Shown here: positions 16,975 to 26,222 of the stretch, in pieces
Layout: each line of letters begins with the position of its first letter
Numbering within the stretch: the stretch's first letter is position 1
Source: Deltaproteobacteria bacterium
GTDB taxonomy: Bacteria; Myxococcota_A; Polyangia; Polyangiales; Houyiibacteriaceae
Length of the DNA: 26,541 bases
Assembly (NCBI GenBank): GCA_034670305.1
Contig: JAXMNT010000075.1
Location: 1 to 26,541 of the forward strand
Reading direction: 5' to 3'
Made by a program: the position numbers and the translations under genes
Notes under the pieces: generated by a model
What the model saw: only the letters and a program-made list of their open reading frames with translations
Databases searched by the model: none
Told to the model about the DNA's origin: nothing

Positions 16975-18033
16975 ATGTGGCTCTGGTTGGTGGGCGGACT
17001 CGTCCTGGTGCTTGCCCTGTGGGCGGCGCACGTCTGGTTCTGGACCCGCCGGTTGTCGGTGCCGCAGATCTACGCGGAGACCCACCGGGTGGCCGCGTCC
17101 GATGGCGGTATGTTCGAGCTGCGTCGACTTCCGCAGCAAAACGGTGGCTCCGGCGCCACCGAACCTCCAGTGCTCCTGGTCCACGGCATCGCCGCCAACC
17201 ACCGCAACCTCGACGCGCACCCCGACCGCTCACTGGCCCGTGCGCTCGCCTCCAGCCGCGACGTGTGGCTGCTGACCCTCCGCAGCGGAGTTCGGCGTCC
17301 CGGCGGGACGCGGGACTTCCGCTTCGAGACCATGGCCAGCGTCGACCTCCCGGAAGCCATCGCCGAAGTGTGCGCGCGTACCGGAAGCGACACCGTCGAC
17401 TACGTCGGCTTCTCGATGGGCGGCATGCTGCTCTACGCCGCGCTCACCATCGAGGCCGTGCCCGCCGGAGCGATTCGCCGAGTCGGCGTCATCGGTGCAC
17501 CCGCGATCGTGGCGAGCCCGCTCTTCGGCATCGGTCTGGTCGCCCGCCTGCCCCGATTCTTGATCCCGCGCGCCCGCTTTCGAATGGCGGCCCGCTCGCT
17601 CGCGTTCGCCACCATCGCCATGCCGCACTTCGTCGGCCGCGTGGTCTGCAACCTACGCAACATCGAACCGCGCCGCGCCGCGCAGGCCTTGGTGGACATC
17701 GTGGAAGACATCCCGCGGGCACTGCAGGCCGACTTCGCCGCGTTCCTTCGCCACGGCGAAGTCTCGATCCACGATCGGTCCGTGCTCGAAGGACTGGCCC
17801 ACGCGACCCAGCCCGCCCTCTTCATCGCCGGCGGGGACGACCACCTCGCACCGGCGCACGCGGTCGAAGCAGCGTTCGAGGTCTGGGGCAGCGACGAGAA
17901 GGCGTTCCACATCGTCGGCCGGCCCGACGGTCGCCATGCGTACGGACATGGCGACTTGGTGATCGGGTCCCGGGTCGCGGAGCATGTGTTCGCGCCCATG
18001 CTCGAGTTCCTGAACGCCCCGGCGGAGACATGA
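16975..18033 (+). CDS. Alpha/beta hydrolase with N-terminal membrane anchor
   Basis: MWLWLVGG hydrophobic helix; LLVHG, GFSMGG, GGDDHLA, YGHGDL. Confidence 0.88.
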   Translation: MWLWLVGGLVLVLALWAAHVWFWTRRLSVPQIYAETHRVAASDGGMFELRRLPQQNGGSGATEPPVLLVHGIAANHRNLDAHPDRSLARALASSRDVWLLTLRSGVRRPGGTRDFRFETMASVDLPEAIAEVCARTGSDTVDYVGFSMGGMLLYAALTIEAVPAGAIRRVGVIGAPAIVASPLFGIGLVARLPRFLIPRARFRMAARSLAFATIAMPHFVGRVVCNLRNIEPRRAAQALVDIVEDIPRALQADFAAFLRHGEVSIHDRSVLEGLAHATQPALFIAGGDDHLAPAHAVEAAFEVWGSDEKAFHIVGRPDGRHAYGHGDLVIGSRVAEHVFAPMLEFLNAPAET

Positions 18034-18142
18034 GAAGCCGAAGCCGAAGCCGATGCCGATGCCGATGCCGACTCCGAAGCCGACTCCGAATCCGACTCCG
18101 AAGCCGAAGCCGACTCCGACGCCGAACACCGCTTCCGCTTCC
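18034..18142. repeat. Hexamer tract GA(A/T/C)(G/T)CC x15, then GCTTCC x2 (reverse complement of the 7794 type)
   Basis: Starts on the base after the TGA; lies between convergent genes. Confidence 0.9.
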
Positions 18143-18159
18143 GGTTTGAGAACTGGCGG

Positions 18160-19248
18160 CTATTCGGCGTCGGCGGGGTCGGAGGCGGGGCGGAGGGATT
18201 TGAGTTCGGCGACCATGCGTTCTTCGAGGTCGGAGATGGCGCCGCTGGCGTCGTTCTCGCGGACGAGGAGCGACGTGAGGGTGGCGGTGAAGATGCCGAC
18301 GACCACCATGCCCGCGACGATGAGGACCACCGTCAACACGCGGCCGGTCATGGTCTGGGGGTTGTGGATGTCGCCGAAGCCGCCGGTGACCACGGTGGTG
18401 AAACTCCACCACAGGCTCTGACCGAACGACTCGACCCCTTCGGGGGCGTTGCCGTCGACGCCTTCCGCCCACCAGATGCCGCCGCCGCCGATCAGCAGGA
18501 ACAAGATCAAGAACTTCATCGAGCGACGCATCATCTTCACGTCGAAGGTCGCCGCGAGTTTGTCCATGCCGCGCCAGAAGAAGAGCACGATGCGGATCAT
18601 GCGCGCGAGCTGCGCGATGCGCACCAGCCGGACCAAACGGAACGTTCTGCCGATGCGCAACCCCTGCGCGCTCGGCAACGGGATCGAGGTGACGAAGTCG
18701 AGCCAGTAGCGGCGCCAGTACCACGAGCGCTTCTCCGACAGCGCGAGGCGCCAGAAGAAGTCGCCGAGGAAGATGAAGCAGGCGCCGATGTCGACGAAGT
18801 CCAAGATGACGTGGGTCTCGTGATCGAAGCGCACGAACTCGGTGGTGATGAGCAGCGCGACGACCAAGACGATGAGCGACATGATGGCGCCGTCGTAGAC
18901 CGCGAGCCGACCCGGCGTTCCGAGTTTGGCGATCAGCTTGTCGTTGAGGATGCGCTCCTGCCGCACGTCGGCGACGCGGTCGGCCTGTTCGGTCAGCGAC
19001 TCGTGGGCGGAGACGAGTTCCACCATCTTGCCCTTGATGTCCTCGAACCCGCCGAGGTCGCCTTCCTGCAGACACGCTTCGCCGCGCGTCTGCAGCGACT
19101 CCATCTTCTCGACGACTTCCCGTCGGTCGTCCTGGATGCGGCCCTGGATCCGTTCGATCGCGTCCACGGGCAGATCCGCGAGGCGCCGACGCAGCACGCC
19201 TTGGCGCGCGGCTTCGTATCGGAGTGTGAGGTCGTCCTTTTTGGCCAC
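18160..19248 (-). CDS. 6TM voltage-gated K+-channel-like ion transporter with N-terminal helical extension
   Basis: S2 FLGDFFWRL, S3 WLDFVTSIP, S4 RIGRTFRLVRLVR, pore LWWSFTTVVTGGFGD, S6 GIFTATLTS. Start inferred at GTG 19248. Confidence 0.87.
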   Translation of the reverse strand: MAKKDDLTLRYEAARQGVLRRRLADLPVDAIERIQGRIQDDRREVVEKMESLQTRGEACLQEGDLGGFEDIKGKMVELVSAHESLTEQADRVADVRQERILNDKLIAKLGTPGRLAVYDGAIMSLIVLVVALLITTEFVRFDHETHVILDFVDIGACFIFLGDFFWRLALSEKRSWYWRRYWLDFVTSIPLPSAQGLRIGRTFRLVRLVRIAQLARMIRIVLFFWRGMDKLAATFDVKMMRRSMKFLILFLLIGGGGIWWAEGVDGNAPEGVESFGQSLWWSFTTVVTGGFGDIHNPQTMTGRVLTVVLIVAGMVVVGIFTATLTSLLVRENDASGAISDLEERMVAELKSLRPASDPADAE

Positions 19249-19322
19249 CGCGGCGGATGGTGTCGCGCCGGCCGGAAACTTTCCAGCGGAACCGCGCCAG
19301 ATGTGAGTCCGGCGACGGCGTC

Positions 19323-20849
19323 TTACTCGAGCCCGTACCGTTTCAGTCGGTCCGCGAGGGTCGTGCGGGAGATGCCGAGGTCCTTGGCGAGCTGGGTGCG
19401 GTTGCCCTCGGTGCGCCGGAGTCCCCGCTCGATGATGCTGCGCTCCAGTGCTTCGACCGCATCGGCGAGGGTCGCTTCGCCGCGGGCCGCCGCCACTGCC
19501 GCGAACCCTCCGGTGTCGGCTGCAAAACCGCCCACTTCCCGAATGGCTGGCGACAGGTGCTCCGGACCGATCTCCGCCGCGTCGCCGCACGTGAGCTGCC
19601 AGCGCTGGACCTCGGCCCGAAGCTCCCGGACGTTGCCCGGGAACCGGTAGCGCTCGAGGCAGTCCCATGCCGCCTCCGACACCACGAGCGGGAGCGTTGC
19701 GAAGTCCTCCAGAAACGCGGTGGTGAGCAGACGCAGGTCGCCCATGCGATCCCGCAGCGGCGGAAGCTGCACCGGCAACACGTGCAGGCGGTAGAAGAGG
19801 TCCTGGCGGAACCGGCCGCTCCGCACCGCTTCGGTGAGGTCCACGTGGGTGGCGGCGATGACGCGGACGTTGGCGCTTCGAGGCGCCGTGCCGCCCACCG
19901 GTGTGTAGGACCCATCCTGAAGGACTCGCAGCAACTTCACTTGCAAGGCGGGGGACATGTCCCCGACTTCGTCGAGGAAGAGCGTGCCTCCGTCCGCGGC
20001 CCCGAAGAGCCCTTCGCCGGATCGCGACGCCCCACTGAACGCGCCGCGCACGTGGCCGAACATCGTCGACTCGAGCAGGTCGTCCGGCATGGCGGCGCAG
20101 TTCTGAGCGACGAAAGGCGCGTGCGCGCGCCGCCCCTGGGCGTGGAGCGCTTGGGCGACGAGCTCCTTGCCGGTCCCGCTCTCGCCGAGCACGAGCACCG
20201 TCGCGTCGCTCTGGGCGAGCCGGGGGAGCAGCTCGAACACCTGTTCCATCTGTGGCGAGCGACCGAGGATGCCCCAGAGCCCGGGGCGCGGACCGGTCCG
20301 GCGGGTGGCGCGCTCCCCCTCGTGGCGTGCGATCTCGCTGGCGACGATGCGCAAGAACGCGCGCGGCCCGCGCTGGCTCGGAAGGGTCCGTAGCTCGAGC
20401 GCTGCCGCCGAGGCCTCTTCCGCGTCGACGCCCAACCGCACGAGCGCCTCGGCCACCCGGGCACGCTCTGGCTCCTCGGGCGACTCGGCGAAACCGCTCA
20501 CGACCGCCACCCCGAGCAGCTTCCCGGACGCGTCGAGGATGGGCTCAGACAAGGTCGAGAGCCCCGCGTGGCAGACGTCGGTCCCGGAAGCTTCGTCACG
20601 GCGGTAGAACCGATCGCACCGGACGAACCCTTCTCGGGTGAACAGCGCCGCACGACACACCGCGGTCGCGCCGCGCACCACCCCGCCCCGCTGGTGGGCG
20701 AGCGGACCGGCGGGACCGGTCAGGATGAGGGAGAGGCCCCAGGCGTCCTCGAACATCTGTCGCGCCAGGCGAACCGCATGAAGGTTCTCCCAGCGCTCGA
20801 GATCGAGCGCTCCGCCCAGGGGCACAGCACCCGTCTCTGGCTCGCTCAC
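19323..20849 (-). CDS. Sigma54-dependent transcriptional activator with N-terminal PocR-like sensor
   Basis: C...C...CHAGL...PI sensor pattern; GESGTGKE, ESTMFGHVRGAFSGA, LFLDEVG, RQDLFYRL, PGNVREL; Fis-type HTH GNRTQLAKDLGISRTTL. Confidence 0.92.
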   Translation of the reverse strand: MSEPETGAVPLGGALDLERWENLHAVRLARQMFEDAWGLSLILTGPAGPLAHQRGGVVRGATAVCRAALFTREGFVRCDRFYRRDEASGTDVCHAGLSTLSEPILDASGKLLGVAVVSGFAESPEEPERARVAEALVRLGVDAEEASAAALELRTLPSQRGPRAFLRIVASEIARHEGERATRRTGPRPGLWGILGRSPQMEQVFELLPRLAQSDATVLVLGESGTGKELVAQALHAQGRRAHAPFVAQNCAAMPDDLLESTMFGHVRGAFSGASRSGEGLFGAADGGTLFLDEVGDMSPALQVKLLRVLQDGSYTPVGGTAPRSANVRVIAATHVDLTEAVRSGRFRQDLFYRLHVLPVQLPPLRDRMGDLRLLTTAFLEDFATLPLVVSEAAWDCLERYRFPGNVRELRAEVQRWQLTCGDAAEIGPEHLSPAIREVGGFAADTGGFAAVAAARGEATLADAVEALERSIIERGLRRTEGNRTQLAKDLGISRTTLADRLKRYGLE

Positions 20850-20859
20850 CGCGACCGAA

Positions 20860-22227
20860 TCAGTCGAGGCCTTCGATCTTGACCGGCGTGGTGCGCCGTT
20901 CGCGATCGATCTGTCCCAGCTGACGACGGTCGTTCCAGCCCCAGCAGTAGACGTCTCCGTCGACGAGGAGCGCGCACGTGTGCTGCTGCGCCGGCGCGAC
21001 CATTTGGGCTGGTCCCGGGAGCACGACCTGAACGGGCATCGCGGAACAATCGATGGTGTCGCCGCGGCAGGCGTCGTGGCTGCCCACGTCTTCGCCGTCG
21101 CCGAGCTGACCTTCTTCGTTCGAGCCCCAGCAGAACACGTCGCCGTCGTTCTCCACGACGCAGGTGTGGTCGCCGCCCGCGCCGAGCGCGGCGATGTCCG
21201 AGCCTGCGGCCGTGATCTCGGTCGGCACGTTGGGACCGGCGCCGGTCGGGAGCAGGCCGAGCTGACCCGCGCTGTTGTCGCCCCAGCACCACACGGTGCC
21301 AGCCGAGGTCAGCGCGCACGAGTGTCGGCCGCCGAGCTGCAGGTCGGTCACGGTCGAGGGGTCGAGATCACCCGCGACGTTCACCAGCGTTCCGGAACAG
21401 TCGATGTTGCGCATCTCCACGCCGCACTCGGTGTGGGTCGAGCTGCCGTCGCCGAGCTGACCGTTCTGGTTCGAGCCCCAGCAGCGGACTTCCGAGTCGC
21501 TCCGAGCGCACTGGAAGAGACCCGACATGCTCACCGCGACCTGCAAAACGCCCTCGAAGTCGACCGGCTGCATCGTGCTGAACTTCTCGGTGTCGTTGTC
21601 CGCCACCTGACGGGCAGCGTTGTCGCCGAGGCAAGACGCCATGCCGGAGGTCAGGATGCAGAGGTTTTGGGTGGTGAGCTGCAGGTCGTCGGCACCGGCC
21701 GCGGCGGGCTCGGCCTCCGGTCGGAAGCGGGGCACCGGCTGGTCGGAGCCGACCGGCGGGACGACGCTTCGGCCCCAGCACTGAGGTCCACTCGCGGTCA
21801 CCGCACAAGCGTTCGGTCCGCCGTTCGCCCGAAGCGCGGTGGCTTCGACGCCGAGCACGACCCGCGGGATCTCGGAGCAGTCGAGGCCCATCGCGCCGCC
21901 GGCGCTGCAGTCACCGTGGCGACGTCCGTCGTCGCCGAGCTGACCGAAGAAGTTGCCACCCCAGCACAACACCTCGCCGTTTTCGCGGCGCGCACAGCTG
22001 TGGTCGGCGCCGCCGACGATCTCGACGATGGCGCAGCCCTCGGTGCAGCCCACCGGACCGGTGTCGGTGCCGGCGTCGCGCGGCGGTTCCCCGGTGTCGG
22101 TGCCCGCGTCGGGCATCATCATGTCCGCATCGCCCCCTGCATCGGGCGTCGCCATGCTGTCGTCGTCCCCACAAGCCACAAGACCCATCGCAAGCACGAT
22201 GGCCAACCAAGAAAAAGCGCGCGTCAT
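20860..22227 (-). CDS. RCC1-repeat (beta-propeller) lipoprotein
   Basis: GGAGGG RBS, MTRAF...LVA-C lipobox, DAG linker, repeated HSCA...V-x-CWG-x-N-x-x-GQLG units. Confidence 0.9.
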   Translation of the reverse strand: MTRAFSWLAIVLAMGLVACGDDDSMATPDAGGDADMMMPDAGTDTGEPPRDAGTDTGPVGCTEGCAIVEIVGGADHSCARRENGEVLCWGGNFFGQLGDDGRRHGDCSAGGAMGLDCSEIPRVVLGVEATALRANGGPNACAVTASGPQCWGRSVVPPVGSDQPVPRFRPEAEPAAAGADDLQLTTQNLCILTSGMASCLGDNAARQVADNDTEKFSTMQPVDFEGVLQVAVSMSGLFQCARSDSEVRCWGSNQNGQLGDGSSTHTECGVEMRNIDCSGTLVNVAGDLDPSTVTDLQLGGRHSCALTSAGTVWCWGDNSAGQLGLLPTGAGPNVPTEITAAGSDIAALGAGGDHTCVVENDGDVFCWGSNEEGQLGDGEDVGSHDACRGDTIDCSAMPVQVVLPGPAQMVAPAQQHTCALLVDGDVYCWGWNDRRQLGQIDRERRTTPVKIEGLD

Positions 22228-22377
22228 CAGAAGTCCCTCCCAGGGTACCCGCGGCTTACTGCGGCTGAGGCCCAACAGCAACCCCGCGGGCCGGCCGCCG
22301 TGGGTTTGCTCCCATACGCCCGACCAAGCGAGCCCCTTGCAAGCCCGCCACTCTCGCGGCCCGTAGCGGCGAGCAAG

Positions 22378-23094
22378 TCAGTCGGGTTCGGGGAGGAACA
22401 GGGCGGCTTGCACGATGGGGGAGGTCAAGGAGTCGACCACCCAGTCTGCGCCCGCTTCGCGGAGGGCGTCGTCCGCGAAACCGCCGGTGGACACCGCCAA
22501 ACAGGTCGCGCCGATGCCGTGTGCGGCCGAGACATCTCTCGGCGTGTCGCCGATCACCACCACCCGACACTCGTCGAGGGGCAGTCCGAGGCGATCCGCC
22601 CCGCGCGCCGCACCGGTCCGGATGAGCTCGGTTCGATCCTCCGCGTCGCATCCGAAGCCGCCGAAGGGGAAGTACTGCCCGAGGTTCGCCCGCTCGAGTT
22701 TCACGTAGGCACCGCGCGCGACGTTGCCGGTCCCGAGCCCCACCGCGTAGTCCGGTTCCGCGACGCAGCGTTCCAGCAAAGACTCGACCCCGTCGAACAC
22801 CACGAACCGCTCGGAGAGCGGCACTTCCCGCTCGAGGTGGCCGAGGTAGACCTCGATGAGCCGGGATACGACCGCTTCGCTGAAGGGCTGTTCGATCCGC
22901 TCGAGCCCTTGCCGAAGGATCAGCCGATCCGTCATGCCCCCGAGCTTCACCCCGTCGAGCGCGTGGGCATCGCCGCACACCTCATCGAACGCCTGGGCCA
23001 TCGCGCGCCGCCCCGCCCCGCCGGTCGACACCAGTGTGCCGTCGACGTCGAACAAAAGCACCGTGCCCGGCGGAACCGTCTCCATCGCATCCAT
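22378..23094 (-). CDS. HAD-family hydrolase (phosphoglycolate phosphatase-like)
   Basis: LFDVDGTL, GTGN, GGFG-x-D, IGDTPRD; AAGAGGG RBS before ATG 23094. Confidence 0.9.
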   Translation of the reverse strand: MDAMETVPPGTVLLFDVDGTLVSTGGAGRRAMAQAFDEVCGDAHALDGVKLGGMTDRLILRQGLERIEQPFSEAVVSRLIEVYLGHLEREVPLSERFVVFDGVESLLERCVAEPDYAVGLGTGNVARGAYVKLERANLGQYFPFGGFGCDAEDRTELIRTGAARGADRLGLPLDECRVVVIGDTPRDVSAAHGIGATCLAVSTGGFADDALREAGADWVVDSLTSPIVQAALFLPEPD

Positions 23095-23189
23095 CTCAGC
23101 CCTCTTACGGCGACAGCCCCGATTCCCCAAACAGTTTCCACCGAGCGGCGCCGCATGCGTTTCGAGAACCGCGGGGACTTTCCGCTATA

Positions 23190-24512
23190 GTGCCGGCCGT
23201 GGTGCCAGGACCCACAGACGGCGGTGGGGCGACTCGACGCCCGAGACGTCCTTCCGCACCGCTTCCCGCCCAGCACTGGCTGGCCGCTGGGCTGTTCTGC
23301 GGGCTATTGCTTGGACATGCGAGCTCCCAGGCCGAGGCTCAGTGTGCTGTGCAGCCGTCGCCGGCGGTGGGCGTCACCGTCTCTTCCTGCACCCGCGATG
23401 GCCTCCGATACTGGGCGGTCCAGGCCGATCTCGGGGCCGGCGATCTGGGGATCCGCGTCGCCCGGCCGAGCGAGAGAGGCCTCGACGCGGCGACCTGGGC
23501 GGCCGGCATCGCGGGTGCGGTCGCGATCGCGCCTGGCGCCGAGTTCGACTTTCCCGCCTACCGCCCGATCGGACTGACGGTTGGATCGGGCGAGGTCTGG
23601 TCGGACACCCGCGACGACGGAGTGCTCGGGCTGATCGGGTTCGACAACCGAGGCGTCGCGGTCTTCGCCGCGCCCGAGCAACTCGTGCCGGCCGAGAGCT
23701 GGATGCACGACGTGGTGAGTGGCCGGGTCGTCTTGCGAGACGGAGTGCCAACCAGCGACTGCGTCGATCGCGGCTGCGAACGCCGGGCCCGCACGGGCCT
23801 CGGTTTGAGCGCGGACGCCCGCAGCCTGGCGATGGTCGTGTCGATGGACGGAGTCACCAACACCGAGCTCGGCACGTTGCTCGCGGCGAGCGGCGCCCAC
23901 CACGGCCTGTGCACCGGCGACGGCGCCACCAGCACGCTCCGCATCGGCGACACGATGGCAGTGCAATCGAGCGACGGCATGGCGCGCCCGACCGCCGCCC
24001 ACCTCGCCGTCGTCGAACGCGCAGGCGGCGTGCTCGGCGACATCCGCGGGGTCATCCGCGACTTCGAGACCAACGCCCCCGTCGCCGGCGCCACCTTCTC
24101 GATCGAATCGCTCTCGGGCGAAGTCGTCGCGAGCGGTTCGGTACGGACGGCGGACGCGTTCTGGCAGGCGAACGTGCCAGTGCGTTTGTATCGCGTGCGC
24201 GGCGCCGCGCCGGGTTACCGGACCGCGTGCAAGATCTGCCAGGGCGAGCCCGTGGGCGAGGTCTGGTGCAGCGTCTTCCCCCAGCGCGGCGAGGGCCGGG
24301 TCGACTGCGAACCCGAACCGCGGGTCCTCGAAGTCGGTCCCTGGCCGCTCGCCCCCGACGGCGGCGGGATCGCGGACGCAGGTCCCGACGCCGGGGGCCC
24401 CGCGGGCCGAAGTGGCGGCTGCGCGGTGGCCGAAGGTCGCACCGGCGCAGCAGCGGGCTTGCTGCTCGTTCTCGTGGTCTGGGCATCGCGCCGAAGCGAG
24501 GGCCCATGCTGA
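23190..24512 (+). CDS. Secreted phosphodiester-glycosidase (NAGPA-like) domain protein with beta-sandwich and MYXO-CTERM-like anchor
   Basis: Signal peptide ...AEA-Q; ARTGLG...V-x-MDG...EL-x-x-LL-x-x-x-GA pattern; G-x-I-x-D-x-x-T-x-x-PV-x-GA carboxypeptidase-regulatory-like domain; C-terminal SGGCAV...LLLVLVVWASRR. Start uncertain. Confidence 0.72.
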   Translation: MPAVVPGPTDGGGATRRPRRPSAPLPAQHWLAAGLFCGLLLGHASSQAEAQCAVQPSPAVGVTVSSCTRDGLRYWAVQADLGAGDLGIRVARPSERGLDAATWAAGIAGAVAIAPGAEFDFPAYRPIGLTVGSGEVWSDTRDDGVLGLIGFDNRGVAVFAAPEQLVPAESWMHDVVSGRVVLRDGVPTSDCVDRGCERRARTGLGLSADARSLAMVVSMDGVTNTELGTLLAASGAHHGLCTGDGATSTLRIGDTMAVQSSDGMARPTAAHLAVVERAGGVLGDIRGVIRDFETNAPVAGATFSIESLSGEVVASGSVRTADAFWQANVPVRLYRVRGAAPGYRTACKICQGEPVGEVWCSVFPQRGEGRVDCEPEPRVLEVGPWPLAPDGGGIADAGPDAGGPAGRSGGCAVAEGRTGAAAGLLLVLVVWASRRSEGPC

Positions 24513-25732
24513 AAGACGCGCGCACCGGTCTCCTGACGACCAACAGCGGCGGCGACGTCGTCCTGCGGCGCGTGCTCGTGCGCGTGGTCAGCGGAGAGAG
24601 CCGCGGCTCCGAAGGCGTGCTCGAACAGGGCACGATGGTGCTCGGCACCCACCCCACCGCGGACCTTCAGATCACCGATCACACCGTCAGCCGTTTCCAC
24701 GTCGAGCTCGGCCTGCTGAGCGATGGCGTACGGGTGCGCGACCTGGGATCGACCAACGGCACCTTCGTCGGCGACTCGCGGATCGAGAGCGTGGTCGTGC
24801 ATCCACTGGTCGAGATCAAAGTCGGCCGCACCCGAGTCGAGCTCGTGCCCGCCGACATGCCCGCCCCCGACGCGCCGCCCGAGGTCACCCGCTTCGGATC
24901 GCTCGTGGGCGAGAGCGCCGCGATGCGCCGCGTCTTCGGCGTGCTCGAACGCGCCGCCTCGGCGACGGCGCCGCTGCTCATCGAAGGCGAGACCGGCACC
25001 GGCAAGAGCGAAGCCGCCCAAGCGGTGCACGACGCGAGCGAACGCACCGGGCCCTGCGTGGTCTGGGAGCCGGGCGAAGACCTCACCCAAAAGGCGCAAC
25101 AAGCCGAACACGGCACCCTGATCCTCGACCGCCTCGACGCACTCAGCCGCGCCGCCGCCGCATCCCTCGTGAGCATGCTCGACCGCCGCGAGCGCGGAGA
25201 ACTCGACGTGCGCCCCATCGGCCTCAGCCGGGTGGATCTCCGAACCCGCGTCGAAGAAGGCGCGCTGCGCCGCGACCTCTACTTCCACCTCGCCGCCATC
25301 CGCGTGGTCGTGCCGCCGCTGCGAGAGCGCCGCGAAGACCTGCCCGTCCTCATCGCCGAGCTCGCCGGCCGCCTCGGCCGCCCCGGCCTCGGCCTCTCCC
25401 CCGAAGACCTCACCCCACTCGCCAGCCACGCGTTCGAAGGCAACGTGCGCGAGCTCGCGCGCCTGGTCGAACAACTGCTCGCCACCATGCTCCCGCGCCG
25501 CCCCAGCGACCCACCCCCGATCCCTGCCGCCGCGCTTCCAGCCGGCGCGGCCGCCGACGTCTCCGGCCTCTCGTTCAAGCAGGCGAAAGAACGCCTCGTC
25601 GACGCCTTCGAACGCCGCTACGTCGCCGCCCTCCTCGAACGCCACGAAGGCAACCTCTCCCGAGCCGCGGCGGATGCGGGACTGGACCGCAACTACTTGG
25701 CGAGGCTGGCCAAGAAACACGGTTTGCGCTGA
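24506..25732 (+). CDS. FHA-domain sigma54-activator-like regulator with degenerate AAA+ domain
   Basis: ATG overlaps the upstream stop; FHA (VSRFH...DLGSTNGT); GETGTGKS; RRDLYFHL, PPLRER, GNVREL; HTH GNLSRAAADAGLDR; no GAFTGA. Confidence 0.88.
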   Translation: MLKDARTGLLTTNSGGDVVLRRVLVRVVSGESRGSEGVLEQGTMVLGTHPTADLQITDHTVSRFHVELGLLSDGVRVRDLGSTNGTFVGDSRIESVVVHPLVEIKVGRTRVELVPADMPAPDAPPEVTRFGSLVGESAAMRRVFGVLERAASATAPLLIEGETGTGKSEAAQAVHDASERTGPCVVWEPGEDLTQKAQQAEHGTLILDRLDALSRAAAASLVSMLDRRERGELDVRPIGLSRVDLRTRVEEGALRRDLYFHLAAIRVVVPPLRERREDLPVLIAELAGRLGRPGLGLSPEDLTPLASHAFEGNVRELARLVEQLLATMLPRRPSDPPPIPAAALPAGAAADVSGLSFKQAKERLVDAFERRYVAALLERHEGNLSRAAADAGLDRNYLARLAKKHGLR

Positions 25733-25869
25733 GCCGGCGCGCGGCTCTCGGCGATGCCGGACCCGGGCGGGGTTTCCGCGCGAGTACTTGAGGGTGCTTC
25801 GAGCCTCGCCAACGTGCGAGCGCTCGGCGGGAACAGAGCGGAGCGCCGAGTGACGCTCCGCTCACTCGT

Positions 25870-26181
25870 TCAAGTTCGACTCAGTTTGAACAGCATCGCG
25901 CAGACGTGATCCGCGAGGTCGTACACATCCTCCCCAGCCTCGACGTATCCCATCACCGCCGCGACCTGCAGAGCCGCTTTCACCTCGCGCGCCTCGCCAA
26001 GAGCCCGCGAGAACCCATCCGGGTTCCGCGCCCCTCGCGCGCTTCGAGACTCCGCGATCAGCAATGGAACCGCCTGCGCCGCCCGCCGCAGCTGCGACTT
26101 CAGCGAAGCCTCGCGAATGCGAGGCAGAACCTCGCGCACCAGCAAAGAGAGAAGAAGCAGCGACTTGTCGAATACCAGCAT
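25870..26181 (-). CDS. Four-helix-bundle protein (23S rRNA IVP / Avd-like family), divergent
   Basis: 103 aa from MLVFDKS; L-x-x-QLRRAA-x-x-VP-x-x-IAE, A-x-G-x-A-x-E-x-x-x-x-L-x-x-A-x-x-x-GY pattern. Confidence 0.75.
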   Translation of the reverse strand: MLVFDKSLLLLSLLVREVLPRIREASLKSQLRRAAQAVPLLIAESRSARGARNPDGFSRALGEAREVKAALQVAAVMGYVEAGEDVYDLADHVCAMLFKLSRT

Positions 26182-26222
26182 CGTTGACCTGTGTTGTTTG
26201 CGCCGAGCGTGAACTCGCCCGA

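Noticed and set aside
22856-24505. N-terminal extension of the 958-aa ORF (apparent giant regulator)
   Set aside because: Arg-rich off-frame shadow of the HAD and NAGPA-like genes; the real start is ATG 24506.
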